NCBI RefSeq assembly: GCF_963921235.1 | Contig: NC_086097.1 | Span: 239,260,001-239,324,000 of the forward strand | DNA length: 64,000 nucleotides | Reading direction: 5' to 3' | From: Mobula hypostoma | Taxonomy: Eukaryota | In this document: positions 1-11,689 of the stretch, in pieces | How positions within the stretch are numbered: position 1 is the first letter of the stretch | Layout of the letters: every line of letters starts with the position of its first letter | Translations under genes and position numbers: made by a program | The notes under the pieces: model-generated | The model's database searches: none | Seen by the model: the letters and a program-made list of their open reading frames with translations, nothing else | What the model was told of the DNA's origin: nothing

Positions 1-39
1 AAGGGCCTGTATTGTACTGTAGGTTTTCTATGTTTCTAA

Positions 40-754
40 TGTAGCCCCTGGTAAGCCTCAGACACGCTGAGCTCACTTTCGTGTAGGGGGAGCAGCCTTA
101 GGCCCCGCCAAACTGGGTAATCAAGTTTGTGTGGATGCTGTGTGATATACCCCACCCCGCCAAATAACAGACAATACACCATATGCAATTAAATGATTAC
201 ACTTTATAGATCTTACTGCAACTATGTAATTAATAGAGATAAAATATAAAAGGAAAGTAAACGGCGCCAAACTTATCAGAGTTCAACCACTTCGTGCACA
301 ACCATTGGAGCTCAGTGAACGGGGACTTCTTTCTACCATGCGATCTCCTCCGACCCCCTCGACCGCTGCCTGGGACCAACCACCAGAGCGCGTCCAGCAC
401 GTCCTTCCTCTTCGGTTCTCCTCCCCAAAACCCTGGGCCTCGGACTCTCTCTCGGGTCCGTTCCGTTGCCCAGCTTACAGCATCACGTCTCCTCTCTCTG
501 TCCCCATCGCGCCTGCTGCCCCAAAGCCCGCAAAAATGATAGCTTACAGACACACAAGAAAGAATAACATCTATCCCAATTGGTTAGCAAATGAATACAA
601 TTCTCCTTATCAGTTATTATAACCCAAACAAGCTGCTAGAGGGAGAACTACTGTCTCAACAGTTAACATCACAGAGAGGCGGTTTTATTTTTAACATAAA
701 AAAGAAGCCATTTTATTCACCTTAGCAGTAACATATAAGAAGAAACCCCTTACA
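40..754. mobile_element. Solo LTR (Gypsy/ERV type)
   Basis: Starts TGTA at 40 and ends TACA at 754. Flanked by the 4-bp direct repeat CTAA (36-39, 755-758). No internal coding sequence. Confidence 0.8.
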
Positions 755-758
755 CTAA

Positions 759-1335
759 TATGTGCAAAGTTAAAATCGCCTGCAATCTCTCTACAAATTT
801 GTTCTGCTAAATCCCACAGACTATTGTGTGGCCTGTGATATAATCCCGTTGATGTGTTCACATTGTACTTATTCCTTGGTTCCAACCACAAAACCTCACT
901 AGATGAGTTCTCCCACCTGTCCTGACTGACCACTGCTATATCATTTTCACTGACTAGTAATGCCACCCCTCCTGCATTAATCCCTCCTGCTCTGACCCGT
1001 TTAAAACAATGGAACCCCGGGACATTGATCTGCCAGTCATGTCCCTCCTGCAACTAAGTCTCATGAATGGTTACAATGTCATAATTCCACGTGCCGATCC
1101 ATTCCCTAAGCTTATCCGCATTTTCTACAATACACAACTCAGTACATTAGTCACACGATGCTCGGCCTTTCAATTCCTGACCTTGTATGGAGGCTTAACA
1201 ACATCTTTCTCCACAACCACTCCCACTATTTTTTCTGGCGCTCTGGTTCCCATCGCCCTGCAACTCCAGTTTAAACCAACAACCACCCCACCCCCCAACA
1301 CCCCCTGGGCAGCAATACCAATCCTTCCCACTAGG
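759..1335 (-). mobile_element. CR1 LINE fragment, ORF2 APE endonuclease
   Basis: ORF 691..1053 reads WQINVPGFHCFKR...GGVALLV...LWLE...YHRP...GDFN, motifs typical of a CR1 endonuclease. Degraded. Confidence 0.85.
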
Positions 1336-1425
1336 AAGGTTATAGGTTAAAGGCAACTACTTTTATTAAAGTAGAAAACCAAGTTTAAATTTTCATAGTT
1401 TTGAAAGATTAAAAGACTGGCTATA

Positions 1426-1882
1426 TGAGGGGTGATTGATAAGTTTGTGGCCTATGGTAGAAGGAATCAATTTTAGAAAACCTAGTACATTTATTTTTCA
1501 ACATAGTCTCCTTCTACATGTACACACTTAGTCCAGCGGTCGTGGAACATATGGATCCCTTCTTTGTAGAAGTGGTCCACAGCAGGGGTGATTGATAAGT
1601 TCGTGGCCTGAGGTAGAAGGAGATGAGTTATTAACTTCAACTTTCTGCATAATCACTCAAAGATCTGAACTACACGTGCATGTAACAAGGGCATCTTGGA
1701 CCTCCAGATGGTCCGCAGCAGGGGTGACTGATAATTTTGTGATCTATGGTAGAAGGAGATGAGTTATACAGCTCTCGTTACATGCTCGTGCAGTTCAACT
1801 CTTTGAGTGAAAACGCAGAAAGTTTGAAGTTAATAACTCATCTCCTTCTACCTTAGGCCACAAACTTATCGATCACCCCTCG
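1426..1882. mobile_element. Non-autonomous mariner element (MITE-like)
   Basis: TA-flanked TIRs (GAGGGGTGATTGATAAGT.../...ACTTATCGATCACCCCTCG). Minus strand 1491-1571 encodes FYKEGIHMFHDRWTKCVHVEGDYVEK*, a mariner transposase C-terminus. Confidence 0.88.
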
Positions 1883-1884
1883 TA

Positions 1885-2410
1885 ATTGTCACTTGTACTT
1901 CGAAACATTGAAATATGCAGAAAAATGTGTCATTTGTGTCAATGACCAACACAGCCCAAAGGTGCGCGGGGCCTGTCTGAAAGTATTTCCATGTCTGCAG
2001 TGCCAAAATAGTATGCCCACGACTTACTAACTACGGTAGTGAAATGACTAGGGCGATGCTATTACAATGCATGGGTTTCCTGGGTGTTCTCTGGTTTCCT
2101 CCCACACCCCAAAGACATGTTGGTTAGCAGGCTATTCGGTCAGTATAAATTCTCTTGTGATTAGGCTGGGGTTAAATAGGTGGGTTGCTGGGAGGTGCAC
2201 CTCATTCGACTCACTGGCCTATTTTGTGCTGCATCACTAAATAACAAAATAAAATAAGTTAATAACCCTATCATCTTTTGCAGCATGTAAGGAAATTGGA
2301 GCCCCTGGAGGAAAACCATGGAGAGAATTTACAAACCCCTTACAGATGGTGGTAGGAAATGAACCCCAATCTTCCAACTGCTGGTGTATGCTAACCACTA
2401 CACTACCATG
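1885..2410. mobile_element. Cluster of degraded V-domain SINE fragments
   Basis: V-domain-like core TGGGTTTCC..GGGTG.TCT.GTTTCCTCCCACA.CCCAAAGAC near 2070-2115, with reverse-oriented fragments on either side. Confidence 0.6.
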
Positions 2411-2479
2411 TTATTCTAACCTAATATTGGAATGCACAATCAAATGATTACAATTACAAGAAAACTTGTCAATAATATA

Positions 2480-2612
2480 AACACAGGAGATTCGGCAGAT
2501 GCTGGAAATCCAGAGCAACACACACAAAATGCTGGAGGAACTCGGCAGGTCAGGCAGCATCTATGGAAATGAATAAAAAGTCGATGTTTTAAGCCAAGAC
2601 CCTTCATCAGAA
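2480..2612 (-). mobile_element. Penelope-derived short element with degenerate hammerhead
   Basis: Same sequence family as 37231-37431. Minus strand reads CTGATGAAGGGTCTTGGCTTAAAAC. Confidence 0.7.
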
Positions 2613-3114
2613 CTCATTTTTATTGTCATTGATTTTCCTAATATTTTGAAGTGGATAAGCAATTGAATTAATCTAAAAACCTGTGAATTTTCGGTTGCTG
2701 TTGAAGACCAAGGTTGCATAATTGATGTAACATGTAGACATAGGCAGTAGTGATTAATGCATAGTGTTACATTCAAAGTTGAGCTGTACTTTATCAACAG
2801 AGGTTAAATTGGCAAATATACCATATGGAAAATGTTAATAAAATAAACTATTTTGGAAAGTGAGTTACTTGAATAGATTTTTGATGCAAATTTGGCAAAT
2901 TTGGCAAATTTAACCTCAAGATTTGTGTTTTCTTCTCCTTTTACTGGAGTAATTAACAGAGTAATTCTGAGTACCTAATGTCACACAACATGTTCTTTAG
3001 AGGAATTTAAGCATATTCAGTGTTTCATGAATCATTGAACTTTGCACAGCTAGCAATTGACTTTTTGCTACAAAATTCTAATAAAGGTCTCAAAATCTAA
3101 AATATGGAGAAGTT

Positions 3115-3910
3115 CGAGTCATAGAGTCATAAAAAGTACAGCACGGAAACAGGCTCTTCGGCCCATCTAGTCTGTGGCGAAACATTTAAATTACCTACTC
3201 CCATTGACCTGCACCTTAACCATAGCCCTCTATATCCCTGCCATCCATGTATATATCAAACTTTCCTTAAACATTGAAATCGAGCTCACATGCAACACTT
3301 GTGCTGGCAGCTCCTTCCATACTCACTCTCCACCCTCTGATTGAAGTAGTTTCCCATTATAGTCCTCTTAAACTTCTCACCTTTTACACTTAACCTATGA
3401 CCTCTAGTTGTAGACCCCTTCAACCTCAGTGGAAAAAGTCTGCTTGCATTAACCCTATCTATATTCATCATAATTTTGTATACCTCTATCAAATCTCCAC
3501 TCAATCTCCTACATTCCAAGGAATAAAGTCCTAACTTATTCAATCTTTCCTTAAATTTCAACATGCTTGTAATTTTTCTGTACTCTTTCAACCTTATTTA
3601 CATCTTTCCTGTATATAAGTGACCAAAACTGCACACAATACTTCAAATTATTGTGGTGTCAGGGGCAAGTACTTTACGCAGAGTGGTGAGTGCGTGGAAT
3701 GGGCTGCCGGCGATGCTGGTGGAGGCGGATATGATAGGAATTTTAAGACACTCTTGAACACGTACATGGAGCTCAAAAAACAGAGGGCTATAGGTAACCC
3801 TAGGTAATTTCTAAGGTAAGGACATGTTTGGCACAGCTTTGTGGGCCAAAGGGCCTATATTGTGTTGTAGGTTTTCTATGTTCTATGTTTCTAAATTAGG
3901 CCTCATATAA
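3115..3910 (-). mobile_element. CR1 3' end with an opposite-strand CR1 3' end nested at about 3655-3893
   Basis: ORF 3286..3591 reads ERLNKLGLYSLECRRLSGDLIEVYKI...TRGH, the CR1 ORF2 C-terminus. The nested copy ends in TTCTATGTTCTATGTTTCTA. Confidence 0.8.
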
Positions 3911-4014
3911 GTTACTTGTGTGTTAGTTTGTCGAGGAGAACCATTATATGCGACACAGCGTAAAGCCTCTTGTACGACTTGGAATTTTTCCACAGTTTAA
4001 CTTCTTGGGTGCCA

Positions 4015-4840
4015 ACATCTCTGATGATCTATCCTGGGCCTAGCATTATCGAAGAGGGCATAACAGCAGTTATATTTCATGAGGAAATTGAAGAGATTTG
4101 GCATGTCACCAAAGGGACAAATTTTTGCGGTTGTAACATGAAGAGCATTCTAACTGGTTGCATCACTTTCAGGTATGGAGGAACCAGTGCACATCATCAG
4201 AAAAAGCTGCCGGGAGTTGTAAACTCAGCTAGCTCCATCATAAGCATAGAAACATAGAAAACCTGCAGCACAATACAGGCCCTTCGGCCCACAAAGTTGT
4301 GCTGAACATGTCCCTACCTTAGAAATTACTAGGCTTACCTATAGCCCTCTATTTTACTAAGCTCCATGTACCTATCTAAATGTCTCTTAAAAGACCCTAT
4401 CGTATCCGCCTCCACCGGCAGCCCATTCCTCGCACTCACCACTCTCTGAGTAAAAAACTTACCCCTGACATCTCCCCTGTACTTACTCCCCAGCACCTTA
4501 AACCTGTGTCCTCTTGTGGCAACCATTTCAGCCCTGGTCTTCCCACCATCGAGAACATCTTCCAAGGGCAGTGCATCCATCATGAAGAATTCCTGCTACT
4601 CAGGACATACCCTCGTCTCATTACTATTATCAGGGAGGAGGTACGAGAGCCTGAAGACATATATTCAACGTTTTAGGAACAGCTTCTTCTCCATACCATC
4701 AGATTTGTGCATGAACCCATGAACCTCATTTTTTGATTTCTGTTTGAACAAATTATTTATATACAATATATTTCTTTTTGTGATTTATAGTGTATATTTT
4801 ATGTATTACAATGTACTGCTGCTGCAAAACAACAAATTTC
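4015..4840 (+). mobile_element. Rex1/Babar LINE 3' part interrupted by a minus-strand CR1 3' end (about 4248-4535)
   Basis: Rex1-type SILTGCIT..YG motif and RFRNSFF terminus. The insert encodes TRGHRFKV...FFTQRVV. Confidence 0.75.
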
Positions 4841-4940
4841 AGTCCTGAAGAAGGGTGTGACTCAAAATGTTGACTGTTTACTCTTTTCCATCGATGCTGC
4901 CTTGTATACTGAGTTTCTTCTGCATTTTGTGTGCGTTGCT
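4841..4940 (+). mobile_element. Penelope-derived short element, degenerate hammerhead
   Basis: AGTCCTGAAGAAGGG...CAAAATGTTGACTG followed by the family tail GCATTTTGTGTG.GTTGCT. Confidence 0.65.
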
Positions 4941-4959
4941 TAAATTTCATGACATACTG

Positions 4960-5345
4960 TTTCTCATTAACCTATCAAATATTGAAAGTCCTGGATAGAG
5001 TCAACAGGGAGAGGATGTTTCCTATAGCAGGGGAGTGTAGCATCAGTGGGCACAGCCAAAAAGAAGGATCTCCCATTAGAACAGAGATGAGGAGGAATTT
5101 CTTTAGTAGGAGGGTGATAAAACTGTGAAGTTTATTGCCACAGACAGTGGTGGAGGCCAAGCCATAGGTTATATTTTAAAAAAAGAGATTGATGGGTTCT
5201 TGATTAGTAAGGATTATCAAAGTTTATGCAGAGAAGGGAGGAGAATGGGGTTGAGAGAGAAAATAAAACAGTCGTGATGGAATGGTGGAGCAGACTCAAT
5301 GGGCTGATGGCCTAATTCTGTCCCTATTTCTTATGGCCTTGTGAT
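4960..5345 (+). mobile_element. CR1 3' fragment
   Basis: TYQILKVLDRV...RTEMRRNFFSRRV followed by a CR1 3' UTR. Confidence 0.75.
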
Positions 5346-5680
5346 CTCAAATGTCAGTGATAATAAATCATAGATTCCAGCAAATAAAGAGGTCAATAGA
5401 AAATTATTTTGAACACACAAGCATAGATATTCCTTCATTTAATACAGGGAGTTTATACCTTAAGAGTTGAATATTCCTCAGTGACACAGATGCCATCTAA
5501 AATGAGGCAGGCAGACCCACCCACCCAGCCAAGTACATCCACTCAACAATAACGCTGGCACCAACCCAAGGAATTTTAAGGTCAATTTCAATACAAGTAA
5601 TCTCCATTTATTCAACAGGATTCAATGACCCTTGCCTAGATGAATATAACCTCAACTACATTGAAGACGCTCAACACCAA

Positions 5681-6005
5681 GGGTGGCCTGGTAACATAGA
5701 GGTTCGCACAAAGTTTTATAGCACCATCTTTCATAGGTTGGGGTTCAATTCCCACCACTGATTGTAAGGAGCTTGCAAGTTCTCCCCATGACTGCATGGG
5801 TTTCCTCCAGGTGCTCTGGTTTCTTTCACATTCCAAAAAGACATATGGTTAAGGTTACTGAATTGTTGCATGCTACGTTGACACCTGCAACATGATGACA
5901 GTAGCAGGCTGCCCAGCACTATCCTCGCTGCTTTGATTGTATGCAAACGCTGCATTTCACTGTAGGTTTCAATGTACATGTGACAAATAAAATTAATCTT
6001 TAATC
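5681..6005 (+). mobile_element. tRNA-derived V-SINE (HE1-like)
   Basis: B-box-like GGTTCAATTCC, V-domain core TGCATGGGTTTCCTCCAGGTGCTCTGGTTTC, and an AATAAA/short-repeat tail. Confidence 0.7.
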
Positions 6006-6408
6006 ATTAACAGTTCCAATATCAATGACAATGTAGCATAATGGTCTAAGACCCCATTCACCATTGCAAACATCCACTTCCTCTGTCTTTGCAGAGTGGA
6101 TTGTCCGTAAAATGCAAGGATTCTTCTCTCTTTCTTCCAACCACACAACTCCTATTACATAGAAGAACAAGAACCAGAAATACCTGCTGCAAGGTGTATA
6201 TGAAAAGCTATCTTTGGAAATAAAAAAGGAAAAGATTTGGCAGCAGCTGCAACAAATAAATAAGAATCAGCTAATTACATTGAACACACTACCACTCTTA
6301 TGATGACATTCTGTTAAGCAGCGTAAGAGGAGATAGAAACTCCTTTCAAATATGCCGCAAATGCCACATCAAACTACATCTCTACTCTTGTGTTAAAATG
6401 CTTGAATA

Positions 6409-7032
6409 CACTTAGTGGCCACTTTATTATATACGCCGGTTCATTAATGTAAATATCAGCCAATCATGAGCCAACAACTAAATGCATAAAGGCATGCAGA
6501 CGTAGTCAAGAGGTTCATTAGTTCTTCAGACCAAACATCAGAATGGGAAAGAAATGTGACCTAAGTGACTTTGATCGTGGAATGATCATTGGTGGCATGT
6601 GGGGAGGTTTGAGTATCTCAGAAGCTACTGTTCTAGGATTTTCATGGACAAGGCTCTGGAGCTTACAGAGAAAAACACCCAGTGAGCGGTAGTCCTATGG
6701 GTGCAAATGTGTTGTTAATGAGAGAAGTCAGAGGAGAATTGCGAGACTGGTTCAAGCTGACAGGAAGGTGACAGTAGCTCAAATAACCATTAGTGGTGTG
6801 CAGGAGAACATCTCTGAATGCATAACATGCTGAACCTTGAAGCAACACACACAAAATGCTGGACGAATTTAGCAGGCAGGCAGCGTCTATGGAAGCGGCT
6901 ACAGTCGATGTTTCGGGCCCAGACCCTTCAGAGGGACTGAAACCCTTCGGCAACCTTGAAGTGGATTGGTTACAGCAACAGAAAAACCACACCAAGTTTC
7001 ACTCCTGTGCCTAATAGATTTGCTGCTGAGTG
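6409..7032 (+). mobile_element. Internally deleted Tc1-like DNA transposon
   Basis: TA-flanked ends CACTTAGTGGCCACTTTATT ... CTGAGTG. From about 6543 it encodes MGKKCDLSDFDRGMIIG, a Tc1 transposase N-terminus. Interrupted at 6843-6951. Confidence 0.85.
6843..6951 (-). mobile_element. Penelope-derived element inserted into the Tc1 element
   Basis: Family sequence flanked by the 10-bp duplication AACCTTGAAG (6833-6842, 6952-6961). Confidence 0.8.
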
Positions 7033-7554
7033 TAATTCCTCCTCTATTTCCATGTCCATACCCATACTATTTACACAACAGCTGGATGTGTTCTTTAGCC
7101 TAACATTTCAATGTGTTCTTCCACAATGAATGCACACCTTTCGACAGGCGCCTAGCACATTGTGTGTTATGGTCCACGTGCTGATAATTCTGGTGACTGC
7201 ATGTTGTAGGAATAAAGAAAATCCCCCACTTCCTGAATATTCTTTCTTCTATAAGTAGACAACACATAATAGCTGGAAATAATCACAAACTGAGACTTTT
7301 CAGTAGACAGAGAAGGAAAACTATAAAGACATAAAGGATGCCGTGTATCAGCAGTGAGTTCGTCATAATAATATTATTCTGATGTTCCTGCATTAATTAT
7401 CAGTGAACCAAATCATGAAACATTTATTTCTTACTCTGAAATTGAAATGCTGGCTCAGTTTGAAAGGAAGTCATGGTATTTGCATCACCAATGCTCCAGA
7501 GACAGACAGGTCCCAGTACGACTAACATTACCAGCATTTCAGAACCCACAGTGT

Positions 7555-8385
7555 CATTCTCAGACTTTCCCTGAAATAACAACATAGGGTTATTTTCCAG
7601 AATTTGGTAGGAAAGAGACAGTGCGTGGAAGCCAAGGGTGTCTAGATTGACTGAACCACATACAATACTCAGGAACAAGAAGTGAAAGAAGAGGGGAAAA
7701 CTTTGCTGATTTGCCACCCAAGCTGACAGGGTTGTTAAGAAGATGTGTGGTGCGTTGCCCTTCATTAGTTGGGGAATTGCGTTCAAGAGCCGTGAGGTAA
7801 TGTTGCAGCTCTCTGAAATCCTGGGCAGACCGCACTTGGAATATTGTGTTCAGTTCTGCTCTCCTCATTATAATAACGATCTGGAGACTTTAGAGAGGGT
7901 GTAGAGGAGATTTACCAAGATGCTTGGATTAGAAATCAAGTCTAATGAGGATAAGTTGAGTAAACTAGAACTTTACTCTTTGGAGTGAAGGAAAATGAGA
8001 GGCAACTTGACAGCAGTGCAAAATATAATAGGAATAGATTGAGTGGACAGCCAGAGATTTTACCCCAGAGTGGAAGTGGCTAATATAAGGAGGCATAATT
8101 TTAAGGTGATTGGAGAAAATTATATGGGGATGTCAGAGGTATGTTTTTCTCACAGACAGTGTTGGGTGATGGAATGCCATACCAGGGGTAGTGGTTGAGG
8201 CTGATACATTTGGGACATTTTAAAAACTCTTAGATAGGCACATTGACGGTAGGAAAATAGGGGGCTATTTGGAAGAGAAGGGTTAGACTGATCTTAGAGT
8301 AGGTTAAAAGGACAGCAAAACATTGTTGGCTGAAGGGCCTGTACTGTGCAGTAATGTTTTATGTCCTATGTGCCATGTTCTATGA
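7555..8385 (+). mobile_element. Old CR1 ORF2 3' part and 3' UTR
   Basis: Degenerate RPHLEYCVQF motif near 7828 and a CR1 3' tail. Confidence 0.75.
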
Positions 8386-8784
8386 ATTCTCAGAAATGAA
8401 TCAGGTTTATTATCACTGTATTATGTGAAGTGAAAACTCTTTCATTTTCAGAAAGTAGATCATCTCCCAGGGCCAGCTTTTAATGCAATACATCAAATGA
8501 AAATATTGGTACTGAAGACAGCAAATAGTAGGTGCTCCTGAGGAATTTATTAACAATGCCTTTAATATCCTGATGGGATGCAGAGTGGCACTGTAATCCA
8601 TAATGGAACATTCAAGATTGGAGATTCAAGATTCAAGGTTGTTTATTGTCATTCATCAGTACATGAGTATAAAGGAGAATGAAACGATTGCTTCTCTAGA
8701 TCCAATGCAACATTAAAAACACAAACACGCACAAGCATAAAGAACACTATAAAAAAAGAACAAAGAAAACACAATAAATAACAT

Positions 8785-8963
8785 CAACACACTCAAAATC
8801 CTGGAGGAACTCAGCAGGCCAGGCAGGATCTATAGAGAAAAGTACAGTCAACGTTTCGAGCCAAAACCCTTTGGAAACTCAGCTGCCTGGCCTGCTGAGT
8901 TCCTCCAGCATTTTGTGTGTGTTGGTCAAATTTCTGGCATCTGCAGATTTTCTCTTGTTTGTG
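8785..8963. mobile_element. Penelope-derived palindromic element
   Basis: Inverted arms CTGGAGGAACTCAGCAGGCCAGGCAG / CTGCCTGGCCTGCTGAGTTCCTCCAG. 14-bp TSD ACAATAAATAACAT (8771-8784, 8964-8977). Confidence 0.85.
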
Positions 8964-9729
8964 ACAATAAATAACATGGCTGATGAAGAGAGTGTCCAGG
9001 TGTTTGTTACGTAGGGAGCTGACGATTTTACAAAGCTCTCACAGGGCATCCTTGGTGTTAGCACTCAGGGGGACTCCCTGCGTCAGCAATGTTGCAAGAA
9101 CATCTTCTGAGGAGGAATAGGCATCAACATGATGAAAAAGGCAATTTAACAGCCCTTTCATAGAGGTGATGTTGTAGTGTCTTGCAATGTGGAGTAATTC
9201 AAGGCAGAGATCCTTATTTCTTTCGATGCCGTATACTTCAGCTGAAATTCAATTATTCATAACAGTGGATGCACTGAAAGTGTTTTCCTTCAGAGCAGAA
9301 GCAATGCCAAAGAAATTTGGATGAAACTGTCTTACTCCTGTAAACATTACACCTGTTACTTAGTGTTTATAGACATGCTAAGCTTGTTTGGTTATTGCAT
9401 TCCCAATGAAATCTTTCACTGAATCATTGCATTAAATTATTTAAGAGTTTCTAGGCCCAAACAATATAATACCTGTGGTGGAGTTAGGTGGAAATTTTGA
9501 TTGCAGAAAATTATGCAATTAATTGGTGTGTTTGTTGTTGAAATGTAGTCTTTTCTGGTCGTGGTGACTGAAGTTAGAATCAAATAGATGTAATGGTGGG
9601 TGATAACTGTTCAGCTCCGGTTGTCCACTGGCTTCTAGCTGCTCCTCTTGCAAAGTGTGATGAGTTTTGTGATTTTGAAGCCAAAACAGAATCACATATA
9701 TCTTCTGAGAACCTTGATGATCTAACTGT

Positions 9730-10310
9730 CACATCAAGAAAGAACGTAATGCTGAGGCTTTGCAAAGCATTGGAGTATTGGAGCAATTTTGGACTCCTTT
9801 TCTAAGATAGGAGGTGCAGGTATTAGGGAGGGCCAGAAGAAGATTATCAGAATATTCCCAGGAATTAAAGGATTAATGTATGAGGAGCATTTGATGGCTT
9901 TGGGCCTGAACTCGTTGGAGTTTAGAAGAATGAGGGGGGCTCTCATTAAAACCTATTGAATGTTGAAAGGCTGAGACAGAGTGGATGTGAAGAGGATGTT
10001 TCCTATAGTAGGGGAGTCTAGAACCAGAAGTCACAGTCTCACAATAGAAAGATGTCCCTTAGAACATAGGTGAGGAGAAAATACTTGAGGCAGAGGGTAC
10101 TGAATCTGTGGAATTCATTGCTACAGGGACTGTGGAGGCTAAGTCTTTGGATATTTTTAAAGGGAAGTCGATAGATTCTTGATTAGTAAGGGCATCAAAG
10201 GCTCTGGGGAGAAGGCAGCAGAATAGGGTTGAGAAAGATAACAAATCAGGTATAATGGAATGGCAAGACAGACTCAATGAGCCAATACTGCTCCTATGTC
10301 TTGTGGTTAC
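9730..10310 (+). mobile_element. CR1 3' fragment
   Basis: Degenerate LEFRRMRG.LI motif and a CR1 3' UTR. Confidence 0.75.
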
Positions 10311-10529
10311 CACTGAAACTCAGATTTACATTATCTTTCTACATAGTAATGCTGAACTTCTATATTATGTATGCATAATTATGACTGAGTAAAGCTAGGA
10401 GGAAAGGTTTGGAGAACGGAACCTCTGATATCACCGAATATTTATCAGTTCATTGAAATGCACCCATTCCTTTTAGGCTGCTTCTGCTGGGACTAGAACT
10501 TTGCAGATGCAAAAGTGACGAGGGATCTG

Positions 10530-11216
10530 ATATAAACCATATAACAATTACAGCATGGAAACAGGCCATCTCGGCCTTTCTAGTCCATGCCAAGCTCTTA
10601 CTCTCACCTAGTCCCACCGACCTGCACTCACACCATAACCCTCCATTCCTTTCTTGTCCATATAGTTGTCCAATTTAACGTTAAACGACAACATCGAACC
10701 TGCCTCAACCACTTCTGCTGGAAGCTCGTTCCACACAGCTACCACTCTCTGAGTAAAGAAGTTCCCCTTCATGTTACCCCTAAACTTTTGCCCTTTAACT
10801 CTCAACTATTGTCCTCTTGTTTGAATCTCCCCCACTCTCAATGGAAAAAGCCTATCCACATCAACTCTGTCTATCCCCCTCATAATTTTAAATACCTCTC
10901 TCAAGTTCCCCCTCAACCTTCTACGTTCCAAAGAATAAAGATCCAGGTCCCATCATGGTTCAGGTGGAGCCCGTCCCCTTGGTACACCTCCCTCTTTCCC
11001 CAATACGGGGGCCAATTTCCCATGAATTCAAACCCACTTCGCCCAAACCAATCCTTGACCCACGCATTTGACTCTCTAATCTTCTTGACTCTATGTCAAT
11101 TTGCACGTGGCTCGGGTAGTAATCCAGAGATTACTACCCTTTTGGTTCTGCTCTTTAATTTAGTCACTAGCTGCTCAAATTCCCTCAGCAGAACTTCTTT
11201 CTCTATTCTACCTATG
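10530..11216 (-). mobile_element. CR1 3' end joined directly to an ORF1 esterase fragment
   Basis: 10530-10940 encodes GNFFTQRVVAVWNELP. 10940-11216 closely matches 12051-12327. Confidence 0.75.
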
Positions 11217-11689
11217 TAGAAATGGTTATAATGGATAACCATTTACAAATTTTTCACCCATACATTGAGCAATCTTTAAAGGAAGTTCCAAGTTACTGTA
11301 GCCTCTGCAGCTCTCTTTACCTAACCTACTCACGATTGTAATGAAGTCACTTTTATGGTTGTATTATGGCCTGGTATGGAAGCACCAATGCCCAGGAATG
11401 GAAAGTCTACAGAAAGTGATCAATACAGCCCAGTCCCTCACAGTCAAAGACCTCTCTAGCATTGAGCATACTTTCAAGGAAAGTTGCTACAAGAAAACAG
11501 CATCCATCATTAGGAAACCTCTCAATCCAGGATGTACCCCTTCCAACTTATGACCATCACATAGGAGGCTCAGAAGCTTAGGTTCCTCACTACCAGGTTC
11601 CGGAATAGTTATTACCCTGCAATCATTAGGCTCCTAAACCACCATGGACAACTTAACTCACTTCAACTCTCAATTGATTCCTGATATCC

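Noticed and set aside
1429..1760. Spaced direct repeats as a CRISPR-like array
   Set aside because: They are mariner TIR copies, and one spacer encodes the transposase C-terminus.
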